Source: Vulcanimicrobiales bacterium
GTDB taxonomy: Bacteria > Vulcanimicrobiota > Vulcanimicrobiia > Vulcanimicrobiales > Vulcanimicrobiaceae
Assembly (NCBI GenBank): GCA_038231455.1
Contig: JBBRLI010000024.1
Coordinates: 1-46,474, forward strand
DNA: 46,474 nucleotides
Direction of reading: 5' to 3'
The first letter of the stretch is position 1. Every line of letters begins with the position of its first letter. Shown here in pieces: positions 1 to 9,455 of the stretch. The translations under genes and the position numbers were made by a program. Under the pieces are notes generated by a model, which saw only the letters and a list, made by a program, of their open reading frames with translations, searched no databases and was not told the DNA's origin.

Positions 1-443
1 GGAGGACTGGATTACAGAGCGCTGCTACATGAGTGAGGAGTCCATGCAGCTTGCAATCCGAAATGCACCGGGGTACAATCAAGCGACGTAACTGACGACT
101 ACGTGTTGGCTAAAAGTACACACGCGAATGGACGCGCTCCGGCGAGGACGCGCGCGACCGATGATTTCGCATATACTTGGAAAGCCAAAGCCCCAGAAGA
201 CGTTGTAAGAAAAGTCCGTGTTTCGAATCTTTTCCCGAATCTCGGCTGCTGTTAACGGGCGCGGACTCAGCATCTGATCGCTTTGGACTGATCGCGCGGA
301 AGACTTGCACATCATCGATTCCCTCGCTCGCGGTATGTAGCACGCTTCCAAACATGCTTTTTTGAGCGCTCGGTCCGGCGCTCAACGAACTTAGCCAGAT
401 TGTCTATCGAGCGTAGGCCATGGAAGTGCGCTAGCAATAAAAG

Positions 444-472
444 AAAAAACCCCCGTTTTACGGAGGGTTTTT
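444..472 (-). terminator. Intrinsic terminator downstream of the tRNA pair
   Basis: On the minus strand, AAAAACCCTCCGT-AAA-ACGGGGGTTTTTT hairpin with a U-tract, just 3' of tRNA-Glu. Confidence 0.8.
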
Positions 473-485
473 GACCGGGAAGATT

Positions 486-558
486 TAGCCCCAACGGGAT
501 TCGAACCCGTGTTACCGCCGTGAGAGGGCAGCGTCCTAGGCCTCTAGACGATAGGGCC
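486..558 (-). tRNA. tRNA-Glu (CTC), CCA not encoded
   Basis: Reverse complement GGCCCTATCGTCTAGAGGCCTAGGACGCTGCCCTCTCACGGCGGTAACACGGGTTCGAATCCCGTTGGGGCTA folds as a cloverleaf; anticodon loop CTCTCAC; T-loop TTCGAAT. Confidence 0.95.
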
Positions 559-560
559 AT

Positions 561-634
561 TGGCTCCCGGTCATGGACTCGAACCACGATAAGCAACTTC
601 AGAGGCTGCTGTCCTACCATTAGACGAACCGGGA
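561..634 (-). tRNA. tRNA-Gln (CTG), CCA encoded
   Basis: Reverse complement TCCCGGTTCGTCTAATGGTAGGACAGCAGCCTCTGAAGTTGCTTATCGTGGTTCGAGTCCATGACCGGGAGCCA; U1-A72 pair; anticodon loop CTCTGAA. Confidence 0.95.
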
Positions 635-673
635 CCGTTGGCATGAACCGTGCCTCCGCGAGGCACGCCCGGT

Positions 674-701
674 ATGGTATCACATTCATCGGCAAAGGCA
701 A
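674..701 (-). promoter_or_regulatory. Putative sigma70 promoter of the tRNA operon
   Basis: TTGCCT-16 nt-TACCAT with an extended TG and a GC-rich discriminator, about 40 nt upstream of tRNA-Gln. Confidence 0.55.
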
Positions 702-789
702 ATGTCGTCAGGGGATTGTTCGGGAAGACGAGCGAGCGGGTAACGTAGTTCTGATGATTTGTCAGTTCTTGGTGGAGGGTCGATTCTAA

Positions 790-1872
790 GTGCAGGCAGT
801 GGTGCTCGTGGGTGGTGAGGGAACGCGGTTGCGTCCGTTGACGCTGGAAACGCCGAAACCGATGGTTCCAATCCTGAACCTCCCGTTCTTGGAACGCACG
901 CTGCTCCGCCTCAAAGACGCCGGCATCGACGACGTGATCTTACCGGCCGGCTACCTACCCGAGGCGATTACCTCGGCCTTTGGAGACGGCTCGCGCCTTG
1001 GCATGAAAGTCACCTACGTTATCGAGGAAACGCCTCTTGGCACCGCCGGGGCACTCAAGAACATCGAGCAGCACATCCGCGGCCGGTTCTTCGTGCTCAA
1101 CGGCGACGTGCTTACGAGCCTGGATCTGCGGGCCATGCTCGCCTACCATAGAGAGAAGGGCGGGATTGGGACCTTGCACCTGATCCGGGTCGAGGACCCC
1201 TCGGCCTTTGGCTGCGTGGTTCATGATGCCCAAGGCCGGATCTCCACCTTCGTTGAGAAGCCGCCTCGCGAGACGGCGCCGACCAACGAAGTAAACGCCG
1301 GCACCTATCTGTTCGAGCGCCAGATCATTGACTTCATACCGGCGGGTCGTGCGGTCTCGATCGAGCGCGAGACGTTCCCAGCCTTAATCGCAAGTGGTCG
1401 CCCGCTCTACGCCTTTACAACCGACGACTATTGGGTCGATCTCGGCCGTCCTGAGGCGTATTTGAACGCGCATCGGGACATCTTCGATAACCGTATGCCC
1501 ATGGGGATCGGTCGCGGGATCAGCGGGCCTGGCGCCTCGGCCGTCCCTGCCAGCGCCCTCCGGGAGCCGGTGTACATCGGCGCCGGCGCAACCATAGCGA
1601 GCGACGCGGTGGTTGGTCCATATACCGTCGTCGGTGAGCGAAGCATCATCGGCAGCGGCGCCAGCGTCGTTGGTTCGCTCCTTTGGGACGAAGTTCGCGT
1701 CGAAAACGGCGCCTCGATCGACGAGGCGATCATCGCGAGCCGTGCCCGTATCGGCGCCGGCGCGAGGGTCGAGGCTGGGAGCGTGATCGGGCATGACGCC
1801 GCGATCGAGCCTGGCGCCCATATCGCTGCAAACGCGCGAATCGCGCGTGAGGACCTGGCGGGGACGCGATGA
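790..1872 (+). CDS. NDP-sugar pyrophosphorylase (mannose-1-phosphate guanylyltransferase-like)
   Basis: LVGGEGTRLRPLT..PKP motif, NGD, EKP and WxDLG motifs, C-terminal hexapeptide repeats; GGAGG SD. Confidence 0.9.
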   Translation: MQAVVLVGGEGTRLRPLTLETPKPMVPILNLPFLERTLLRLKDAGIDDVILPAGYLPEAITSAFGDGSRLGMKVTYVIEETPLGTAGALKNIEQHIRGRFFVLNGDVLTSLDLRAMLAYHREKGGIGTLHLIRVEDPSAFGCVVHDAQGRISTFVEKPPRETAPTNEVNAGTYLFERQIIDFIPAGRAVSIERETFPALIASGRPLYAFTTDDYWVDLGRPEAYLNAHRDIFDNRMPMGIGRGISGPGASAVPASALREPVYIGAGATIASDAVVGPYTVVGERSIIGSGASVVGSLLWDEVRVENGASIDEAIIASRARIGAGARVEAGSVIGHDAAIEPGAHIAANARIAREDLAGTR

Positions 1873-1938
1873 GATATCGTTTACCAGCTTCCTTCGCCGG
1901 GTATGTCTCTACCAACAAAACGACGAGCTAACAAACGG

Positions 1939-2003
1939 CGGGGTGGCCGATCTCCCCGGCGCTCTCATTTATAAACCGTCAACGCACTAGATCGGCCACC
2001 CTG
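1939..2003 (+). promoter_or_regulatory. Long inverted repeat in the leader of the GT4 gene
   Basis: GGGTGGCCGATCT (1941-1953) and AGATCGGCCACCC (1989-2001) are perfect 13-bp arms abutting the GGGAGA SD. Confidence 0.5.
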
Positions 2004-2017
2004 GGAGATAACGTACG

Positions 2018-3193
2018 GTGAACACGAGACCGCCACGGATGCTCTTTCTTGGATCGTTCCCGCCGCGCGAATGCGGCATTGCGACCTTCACGAAAGATGT
2101 CGTCGATAGTTTTGATGCACGCTTTGCGACAAAGAGCGAAATCATCGCAATCGATGAACCCGGTGGAGAAACGCGCTCGTATGGCCCAGAAGTCGTCGCG
2201 CGTCTAACGCAGACCGATCGCGGATCCTACGGCGATATCGCTGCGCTCGTCAACGCGCATCCGGCTGAGATTCTCAATATCCAACACGAGTACGGTCTCT
2301 TCGGCGGCGATGACGGCGCGTGGGTGCTCGATCTTATTACCGGCGTCACCAAACCGGTGGTTGTCACGCTGCATACGATTCTGCCCGAACCCAATGACAA
2401 CCATCGCGCCGTCGCACAGGAAATTTGTCGCGTCGCAACCGCGATCACCGTGCATAGCGACACGGGTCGTAATTTGCTGGTCGAAAAATATGGTGTCGCC
2501 GCGGAAAAAATTACCGTGATTCACCACGGCGTTCCGGACGTGCCGTTCCGTGAGACCGAACCGATCAAAGCGCAGTTTGGCGTGGGCGACCGCATGGTTA
2601 TTTCGACCTTCGGCTTGATCAATCGCGGAAAAGGCCTGGAATTCGCAATTGAAGCGATGCGCGAAGTCGTAAAGACGCATCCCGAATCGCTCTATCTTAT
2701 CCTCGGTGAAACACATCCGACGATTCGTAAACGCGAAGGCGAAGAGTATCGCGAGTCGCTGCAGGCGCTCGTTAAAGAGTATGGCCTCGAGCGTAACGTG
2801 ACGCTCGTGAATAAGTTTCTGGAGTTTGACGAACTCGTGAACTACCTCGCGGCCACGGACATCTACCTCACGCCGTACCTCAATCCCGTACAGATCGTGA
2901 GCGGTACGCTTGCCTACGCGATGGGCTGCGGCAAAGCGATTGTGTCCACACCGTATCTCTACGCAAGCGAGGTGCTCGCGCACCATCGCGGATTTCTCTG
3001 CGAGTTCCGCAACGCAGCGTCGATTGCAAGCACCGTTACGGCGCTCCTCGATGATCCCGACTTGCGTCGCTCGACCGAGCGTCGTGCGTACAAGTATGGT
3101 CGTCAGATGACGTGGCCCAACGTCGCGCTTGCCTACGGCGAACTCTTTCGGGCCCTCGTTCCCGCGCAGCGGATGGAACTTCAGAGCGCTTAG
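2018..3193 (+). CDS. GT4 family glycosyltransferase
   Basis: PPRECGIATFT, IQHEYGLFGG, FGLINRGKGLE and SGTLAYAMGCGKAIVSTPY motifs. Confidence 0.9.
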   Translation: MNTRPPRMLFLGSFPPRECGIATFTKDVVDSFDARFATKSEIIAIDEPGGETRSYGPEVVARLTQTDRGSYGDIAALVNAHPAEILNIQHEYGLFGGDDGAWVLDLITGVTKPVVVTLHTILPEPNDNHRAVAQEICRVATAITVHSDTGRNLLVEKYGVAAEKITVIHHGVPDVPFRETEPIKAQFGVGDRMVISTFGLINRGKGLEFAIEAMREVVKTHPESLYLILGETHPTIRKREGEEYRESLQALVKEYGLERNVTLVNKFLEFDELVNYLAATDIYLTPYLNPVQIVSGTLAYAMGCGKAIVSTPYLYASEVLAHHRGFLCEFRNAASIASTVTALLDDPDLRRSTERRAYKYGRQMTWPNVALAYGELFRALVPAQRMELQSA

Positions 3194-3203
3194 GCGCTCG
3201 CCA

Positions 3204-4256
3204 ATGGCTGCACGCTACCCGTCGCTCGATCATTTGCTCACCCTTAGCGATGACGTGGGCATGATCCAGCACGCGACGCACGATATCCCCAACCGCTCGA
3301 CGGGCTATTGTACCGACGATGTTGCGCGGGCACTTATCGTCTCAATCGCCGCGATCGATCACGTGCCGACGTCGGCTGATGCGACGCGACTTGCAAGCAT
3401 CTATCTTTCGTTCGTACATGATGCGCAACTCGGCGACGGCTGGTTCCACAACTTCATGGGCTACGACCGCTGCTGGCAAGACGACCGCGGCTCGACGGAT
3501 TCGTTTGGGCGCGCGCTCTGGTCGCTCGGCTTTACCATGCGTTTCGCCCAGCGCGATTCGTGGCGCCGCGTTGCAACGCGCATCTTCGAACAGGCACTGC
3601 CGAATGTCGACGGCCTTGCGTATCTGCGCTCGCGCGCATACGCCGGCCTCGGGATCGCGCACGCGATCGACGCCAAACCGAAAAATGAAGGCCAGTTGCG
3701 CGATAAGCTCGATCGCATCGCCTGGTCGATTGCCGGAGCGTACGATGCGTGCGCTGGTCCGGGGTGGACGTGGTGCGAGGACGTGATGACGTACGACAAC
3801 GCCCGGCTCTGCGAGATCCTTATCCGCGCTGGAACCCTGCTTGGCAACCGCCGTTACCTCGGCGTGGGCCTTGCAATGCTGAACTTCCTCGAGAGCGTGG
3901 TAATCGAGAACGGCGTCTTCGCACCCGTGGGTAACCAAGGTTGGTATCCGCGTGGCGGCGTGAAGGCGAAGTACGGTCAGCAGCCGCTCGAGGCTGCCTC
4001 GATGGCCGACGCTTCGCTCGCCGCCCAAGAGGCAACCGGCGATCCTCGCTGGACGCGCACGGCCCAAGCCGCATACGACTGGTTTTACGGGCGTAACACC
4101 CATGACGCCCTGATGGTCACCGGCGGCGGTTGCCGCGATGGGATCGATGAATTCGGCCCGAATCCCAACATGGGCGCGGAGTCTACGCTCGCTTATTTGG
4201 CCTGCGCGATCGCGATGGCGGAACGGTCCGGCCGGTCGCTTGAAATCGCACGCTAA
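3204..4256 (+). CDS. Six-hairpin glycosidase-like protein (domain usually fused C-terminal to this GT4 subfamily)
   Basis: GMIQHA...GYCTDDVARAL, FHNFM, DSFGRALW, YDNARL, QQPLE and N.GAESTL motifs; ATG 10 nt after the GT4 stop. Confidence 0.75.
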   Translation: MAARYPSLDHLLTLSDDVGMIQHATHDIPNRSTGYCTDDVARALIVSIAAIDHVPTSADATRLASIYLSFVHDAQLGDGWFHNFMGYDRCWQDDRGSTDSFGRALWSLGFTMRFAQRDSWRRVATRIFEQALPNVDGLAYLRSRAYAGLGIAHAIDAKPKNEGQLRDKLDRIAWSIAGAYDACAGPGWTWCEDVMTYDNARLCEILIRAGTLLGNRRYLGVGLAMLNFLESVVIENGVFAPVGNQGWYPRGGVKAKYGQQPLEAASMADASLAAQEATGDPRWTRTAQAAYDWFYGRNTHDALMVTGGGCRDGIDEFGPNPNMGAESTLAYLACAIAMAERSGRSLEIAR

Positions 4257-4300
4257 AGAGGTCCTAGGCGAATATGCCCTAAGTGGCGAAGATTCGCGGG

Positions 4301-6460
4301 ATGATTGTCGAGTCCGAAGTCCTAAATGACGTACAACGCCAAGCCGTAGAGCACACCGAAGGTCCGGTCCTTATCTTCGCCGGAGCCGGCAGCGGGAAGA
4401 CGCGAGTCTTGACCCACCGGATCGCCTACCTGCTCAACGAGAAGAAAGTATTCCCCGACCGTATCCTGTCCGTGACGTTCACGAACAAGGCCGCGGGCGA
4501 GATGAAATCGCGCCTCGAGAAGATGGTCGGTGCGGTTGCCAAAGATCTTTGGGTGGGCACGTTCCACTCGATTTGCGTGCGCATGCTGCGCCGCGACGGC
4601 AAGAAGATCGGGATCGCCTCAAACTTCGCAATCATGGACGACACCGATCAAAAAGCGATCGTCCGCGACATTCTGCACGACCTCGATTACGACGAACGCC
4701 AGATCGCTCCGAACGCGGCGCTCGCCGAAATCTCGAAGGCGAAGAACCAGCTGCAGTCGCCCGACCAGTATGAAACGGCGAATACCTCGTTCATCGGCGA
4801 ACGCTACGCTGCGGTCTACCGCGAGTATGAACGCCGCCTGCGCGAATCGAACGGCCTTGATTTTGACGACCTGATCGGCCGCGCGATCCAGCTGCTTGAA
4901 GAAGACGTCGAGACGCGCACGCGTTATCAGAACAAGTTCCGCTACGTGCTTGTCGATGAATATCAAGACGTCAACTACGCGCAATACAAACTCGTCGCGA
5001 CGCTCGCCGACGAACACAAGAACATCACGGTCGTCGGCGATGACGATCAGTCGATCTATTCGTGGCGCGGTAGCGATTATAAGATGATCCTCAAGTTCGA
5101 GGAAGATTTCCCAGGCGCAAAAGTCTTCAAGCTTGAGGAGAACTACCGCTCGACGCAGACGATTCTCGCCGCAGCAAACGAGCTGATCGCGATGAACGAA
5201 ACGCGCCAGCCGAAGACCCTCTTCACGAAGCGCGCCGAAGGCGAGAAGATTTCGGCTTTCCAAGCTGAGTCCGAACGCGCCGAAGTGCGCTACGTGCTCG
5301 AGAAGATCAAAGAACTCGTGCGCACGGGTGCCGCGTATCGCGACTTCCTCGTGCTCTATCGCACCAACGCCCAATCGCGCGTCTTTGAAGAAGGCTTCCT
5401 CGGCGAGGGAATTCCTTATCGCGTCGTCGGCGGCGTCGGATTTTATGCACGCACCGAGATCAAAGACATGCTCTCGTATCTGCGTTATATCGTTAACCCC
5501 TCGGATGCCGTCGCGTTCCGCCGCATCGTCAACGTGCCGCGCCGGTCGATCGGTCAGCAGACGCTCGCATCGCTCCTCGAAGCGGCGAACGCCGCGAACA
5601 TGTCCGTCGGCCAGGCCGTGTTCGATTCGAATCTGCTCAAGCGGGCGGTGCCCAAGAAGCAGCGCGAGCTCGAACGCTTCGCCGAACTCATCACCGACCT
5701 GCGTGCAAAGGCGGAGACGTTCTCGATCTCCGACTTGCTCGTTGCGGTCATGGAAGAGTCGGGCTACTTGCGCGAACTGCAAGCCGATGAATCCAACGAC
5801 GGCAAAGCGCGCCTCGAAAACATGCAAGAACTCATCGGCGTTGCCAAAGAGTACGAGACGGGCGAAAACGCCGGCTCGCTGGATGACTTCCTTGCCAATA
5901 TCGCGCTCATCTCGGATCTCGATACGCTCGACCCGAACGCATCATTCGTCACCTTGATGACGATGCACGCGGCGAAGGGCCTCGAATTCCCGAACGTCTT
6001 CCTGACGGGCCTCGAAGAAGGCGTCTTCCCGCACACGCGTGCGCTCACGGACATGGTCGAGCTCGAAGAAGAACGCCGTCTTGCCTACGTCGGCGTGACG
6101 CGTGCGATGGATCGCATCTTCATGTCCTTCGCGCAGCGCCGCACGCTGTACGGCAACACGTTCAGCCATCCGAAATCACGCTTCTTAGAAGAGATGCCCT
6201 CGGTCGACATGATCGGCGGCGTCGCGCTCAATCCCCGTCCCTCGGGCGGGCGCTGGCGCGAAGTCTCGATCCACGAAAACGCGGGTGCCGGCATCGGCAT
6301 GGACCTGCGCGAAGGCGATAAAGTCCGGCATCCCAAGTGGGGCGAAGGCACCGTTCTTGCCGCGGCTGGTGCCGGTGGCGATGGTCTTGTGACGATCAAC
6401 TTCCCGAATGTCGGGGACAAGATGGTCATGCTCAAATACGCGCCCCTCGAGCGGGTCTAA
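4301..6460 (+). CDS. pcrA: ATP-dependent DNA helicase PcrA/UvrD
   Basis: AGAGSGKT, TFTNKAA, DEYQD, VGDDDQSIY, LEENYRS, HAAKGLEF and EERRLAYV motifs; C-terminal Tudor-like VRHPKWGEG. Alternative start at 4283. Confidence 0.95.
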   Translation: MIVESEVLNDVQRQAVEHTEGPVLIFAGAGSGKTRVLTHRIAYLLNEKKVFPDRILSVTFTNKAAGEMKSRLEKMVGAVAKDLWVGTFHSICVRMLRRDGKKIGIASNFAIMDDTDQKAIVRDILHDLDYDERQIAPNAALAEISKAKNQLQSPDQYETANTSFIGERYAAVYREYERRLRESNGLDFDDLIGRAIQLLEEDVETRTRYQNKFRYVLVDEYQDVNYAQYKLVATLADEHKNITVVGDDDQSIYSWRGSDYKMILKFEEDFPGAKVFKLEENYRSTQTILAAANELIAMNETRQPKTLFTKRAEGEKISAFQAESERAEVRYVLEKIKELVRTGAAYRDFLVLYRTNAQSRVFEEGFLGEGIPYRVVGGVGFYARTEIKDMLSYLRYIVNPSDAVAFRRIVNVPRRSIGQQTLASLLEAANAANMSVGQAVFDSNLLKRAVPKKQRELERFAELITDLRAKAETFSISDLLVAVMEESGYLRELQADESNDGKARLENMQELIGVAKEYETGENAGSLDDFLANIALISDLDTLDPNASFVTLMTMHAAKGLEFPNVFLTGLEEGVFPHTRALTDMVELEEERRLAYVGVTRAMDRIFMSFAQRRTLYGNTFSHPKSRFLEEMPSVDMIGGVALNPRPSGGRWREVSIHENAGAGIGMDLREGDKVRHPKWGEGTVLAAAGAGGDGLVTINFPNVGDKMVMLKYAPLERV

Positions 6461-7217
6461 CATTCTCCGCGTCGGGGTCGCCGGCGCGCTCGGACGACTC
6501 GGGCGCGCGGCGTGCGCGGCACTAGCATCGGCGGAGGGCGTCACGCTCGCCGCCGGTTTTGCGCGTGCGTACGCCGGCGAAAAGCTTGCCGCGCATGTCG
6601 GCTGCGGGGCCGATGATGCGTTGCTGTTCGATGACGTCGATGCATTTGCGGAGAGCGGCCTCGATGTGATCGTCGATTGTACCGTCTATCCGGGGTCGGT
6701 CAGCGTTGCTCGGGCCGCGGTTGCTAGTGGCGTCTCGCCGGTGGTCGGCGCATCGGGGTGGACCGAAGAAGATACGATCAGTTTCGGCGATGCAGTCGAT
6801 GAGGCGAATATCGGTGCGATGATCGTGCCCAACTTCGCGATTGGCGCGGTGCTCATGATGCGCTTTGCCGCCGAAGCCGCGCGCGTGCTTCCCGATGTCG
6901 AGATCATCGAGATGCATCATTCCGAGAAACGCGACAAACCCAGCGGTACGGCGAAGCGTACCGCGGACATGATCGAAGATGCGCGGCCTGTTTCACGGCC
7001 GCCCGTTCCGATTCACAGCGTGCGTCTTCACGGCTTGCTCGCGCATCAAGAAGTGATCTTCGGCGGCATCGGCGAGACGCTCACGATCCGGCACGACTCG
7101 ATCTCGCGCGACTCATTCGGCCCGGGCATCGTGCTCGCGGTAAAACACGTCCGGCAGCTTAACAGTCTCGTCGTCGGACTCGACGCGTTGCTTTTTTCTG
7201 ATGAGGTCTTTTCGTGA
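6408..7217 (+). CDS. dapB: 4-hydroxy-tetrahydrodipicolinate reductase (start uncertain)
   Basis: RVGVAGALGRLG Rossmann motif, PNFAIG, EIIEMHHSEKRDKPSGTA, HQEVIFG. Confidence 0.92.
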   Translation: MSGTRWSCSNTRPSSGSNILRVGVAGALGRLGRAACAALASAEGVTLAAGFARAYAGEKLAAHVGCGADDALLFDDVDAFAESGLDVIVDCTVYPGSVSVARAAVASGVSPVVGASGWTEEDTISFGDAVDEANIGAMIVPNFAIGAVLMMRFAAEAARVLPDVEIIEMHHSEKRDKPSGTAKRTADMIEDARPVSRPPVPIHSVRLHGLLAHQEVIFGGIGETLTIRHDSISRDSFGPGIVLAVKHVRQLNSLVVGLDALLFSDEVFS

Positions 7218-8230
7218 AGCTCGGTGTGATCGGCGCGACGGGCGTCGTGGGTTCGACGATCCTTACCGTGCTCGAAGAACGCGGCGTGCCGGTGACGCAG
7301 CTATTCGCTTACGCTTCGCGCGATCGCGTCGACGGCGTACGTTTCCGTGGCGCGTCGTATCCCGTTGCGCGCGCGAGCGTCGAGAAGATCGTCGCGGATG
7401 CGCCGGATGTGGTGTTCTTCGCATCGAGCGACGATGCAAGTAAAGAAATGGCCGAGGCGCTCGCCGCGCACGGAATTATCGTGATCGACAACTCCGCGAC
7501 ATTCCGCTTGGATCCGCGCGTGCCGCTAGTGATCCCCGAAGTCAATCCGCACGCGATCGCAGCCCACCACACGATCTTTCCCGTCGGCAACTGCACCGCG
7601 ATTATTCTGTGCGTTGCGCTCAAGCCGATCGTGGCGGTCGCGGGCTTGCGCAGTGTTCGCATTGCGACCTATCAAGCCGTCAGCGGTGCGGGTCGCGCCG
7701 GCCTTGAAGCGCTTGCGGAAGAAGAGGCCCTCATTGCAACGGGCGGAAGCGGTGCAGCTCCGCATTCGACCTTCGCCGCGCAGATCGTGCGCAACGTGAT
7801 TCCGCAGATCGGCGGATTCGAGGGCACGGGCGATACGGGCGAAGAAGAAAAAGTTGCGGCGGAGACGCGCAAGACGCTCGAACTCCCCGATTTGCACGTC
7901 GCTGCAACAACCGTGCGCGTTCCGGTGCGTACGGCACATAGCGAAGCGGTGTTCGTTCAAACGGAACGTGCCACGAGTGTTGCCGCGCTCGCCGCGGCGT
8001 TCGCAAACGCGCCCGGAATCGTCTACCATGCGAGCGGAATCGTGACGCCGATCGAGGTTGAGGGCACGGACCTGGTCCATGTCGCGCGTTTGCGCGCCGA
8101 AGGCACGAGTACGACCGACTTCCAACTGTGGGTTGTCGGCGATCAGCTCCGCAAAGGTGCCGCAACCAACGGCGTTCAGATTTTAGAGACGCTCATTTCA
8201 CAAGGTCGCTTCGGAGCCGTGCATGCCTAA
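7214..8230 (+). CDS. asd: Aspartate-semialdehyde dehydrogenase
   Basis: GATGVVG, IDNSATFR, GNCT catalytic Cys, TYQAVSGAG, RVPV..AHSE, DQLRKGAATN. Confidence 0.95.
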   Translation: MKLGVIGATGVVGSTILTVLEERGVPVTQLFAYASRDRVDGVRFRGASYPVARASVEKIVADAPDVVFFASSDDASKEMAEALAAHGIIVIDNSATFRLDPRVPLVIPEVNPHAIAAHHTIFPVGNCTAIILCVALKPIVAVAGLRSVRIATYQAVSGAGRAGLEALAEEEALIATGGSGAAPHSTFAAQIVRNVIPQIGGFEGTGDTGEEEKVAAETRKTLELPDLHVAATTVRVPVRTAHSEAVFVQTERATSVAALAAAFANAPGIVYHASGIVTPIEVEGTDLVHVARLRAEGTSTTDFQLWVVGDQLRKGAATNGVQILETLISQGRFGAVHA

Positions 8231-9455
8231 GACCGTCGTTCAAAAATTCGGCGGCTCATCGCTTGCCACGCCGGAACTGCGTGAGATCGCCGCATCGCGC
8301 GTGATCGAAACGCGTGCGCGCGGCTATTCGCCGATCGTCGTTTGCTCCGCGATCGGACGCGCGCCCGACCCGTACGCGACCGACTCGCTCTTGGGCATGA
8401 TGGGGCCAACGCGCAGTGGCCCCAATCGCGATTTGTTGCTCTCGTGCGGCGAGGCGATCGCGTGCGCGGTATTCGCCGAACTGCTCACCGCCTGGGGCGC
8501 CGACGCGCAGGCGATGACGGGCGCACAAGCCGGCATCATCACCGACGACCAGTTCGGTGACGCAAAAATCCTCGACGTCAATCCGAGCAATCTGCTGGCG
8601 GCGATCGAACGCGGCATCATTCCCGTGGTCGCCGGGTTCCAAGGCGCAACCGAAGGTGGCGCGACGACGACGCTCGGTCGCGGCGGAAGCGATCTCACAG
8701 CAATCGCGCTTGGCGCAGCGCTCGGTTCCGACTCGGTAGAAATTTATACCGATGTCTCCGGGGTCATGACCGGAGATCCTAAGCGCATCGCGGGCGCACA
8801 CACGATCGATCGTGTGAACTATGCCGAGATGGTCGAACTCGCGGGCAACGGCGCCAAAGTCATGCACTATAAGGCCGCCGACATGGCGCGCACCTCGAAC
8901 ACGCCGTACCTCGTGAAAGGGTTGCGCTCGAACTTCGGCACGCTCATCGACGACGGCGCGCCGGTCGAACGCGAGCGTCCCGTTACCGGTATCACCTCGA
9001 TTCGCGATATCACCTTCGCGCGCATCATTCAGGGCGACGAGAACCCCGTCGAACGCGCGAAGATCGACACCGAGATTTTCGGTCGCTTGGCTGAGGCCGA
9101 TATCTCGATCGACATGATCAACGTCAACAATGCCGGTGTGTTCTTCGTGTTCGATAGCGAGCACGTCGAGAGCGTTCGCCGGGAACTTGCGAATACGAAC
9201 GTCGCGCTCCGGATCCGTCCGCACTGCACCAAACTCTCCATCGTCGGCGCCGGAATGCGCGGCACCCCGGGTGTCATGTACCGCGTGGTTCGCGCCGTTA
9301 CGGAAGCCGGCGTCGAAATCATTCACTCCACCGACTCCAACATCACGATCTCGATCCTCGTGCCGGAGGAAGAGACCGTGCGTGCCGAGCAAGCGATTCA
9401 CGACTACTTCCGGCTCGGTCGATCCGCGCCAGCACAAACGGGAGCGAAAGCATGA
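8223..9455 (+). CDS. lysC: Aspartate kinase
   Basis: VQKFGGSS, TLGRGGSDLTA, YTDVSGVMTGDP and two C-terminal ACT domains; the asd-kinase-dapA order resembles Bacillus dapG. Confidence 0.9.
   Translation: MPKTVVQKFGGSSLATPELREIAASRVIETRARGYSPIVVCSAIGRAPDPYATDSLLGMMGPTRSGPNRDLLLSCGEAIACAVFAELLTAWGADAQAMTGAQAGIITDDQFGDAKILDVNPSNLLAAIERGIIPVVAGFQGATEGGATTTLGRGGSDLTAIALGAALGSDSVEIYTDVSGVMTGDPKRIAGAHTIDRVNYAEMVELAGNGAKVMHYKAADMARTSNTPYLVKGLRSNFGTLIDDGAPVERERPVTGITSIRDITFARIIQGDENPVERAKIDTEIFGRLAEADISIDMINVNNAGVFFVFDSEHVESVRRELANTNVALRIRPHCTKLSIVGAGMRGTPGVMYRVVRAVTEAGVEIIHSTDSNITISILVPEEETVRAEQAIHDYFRLGRSAPAQTGAKA

Noticed and set aside
79-385. Short ORFs at the left edge
   Set aside because: Mutually overlapping, no recognisable motifs or convincing SD; I cannot pick a real gene.
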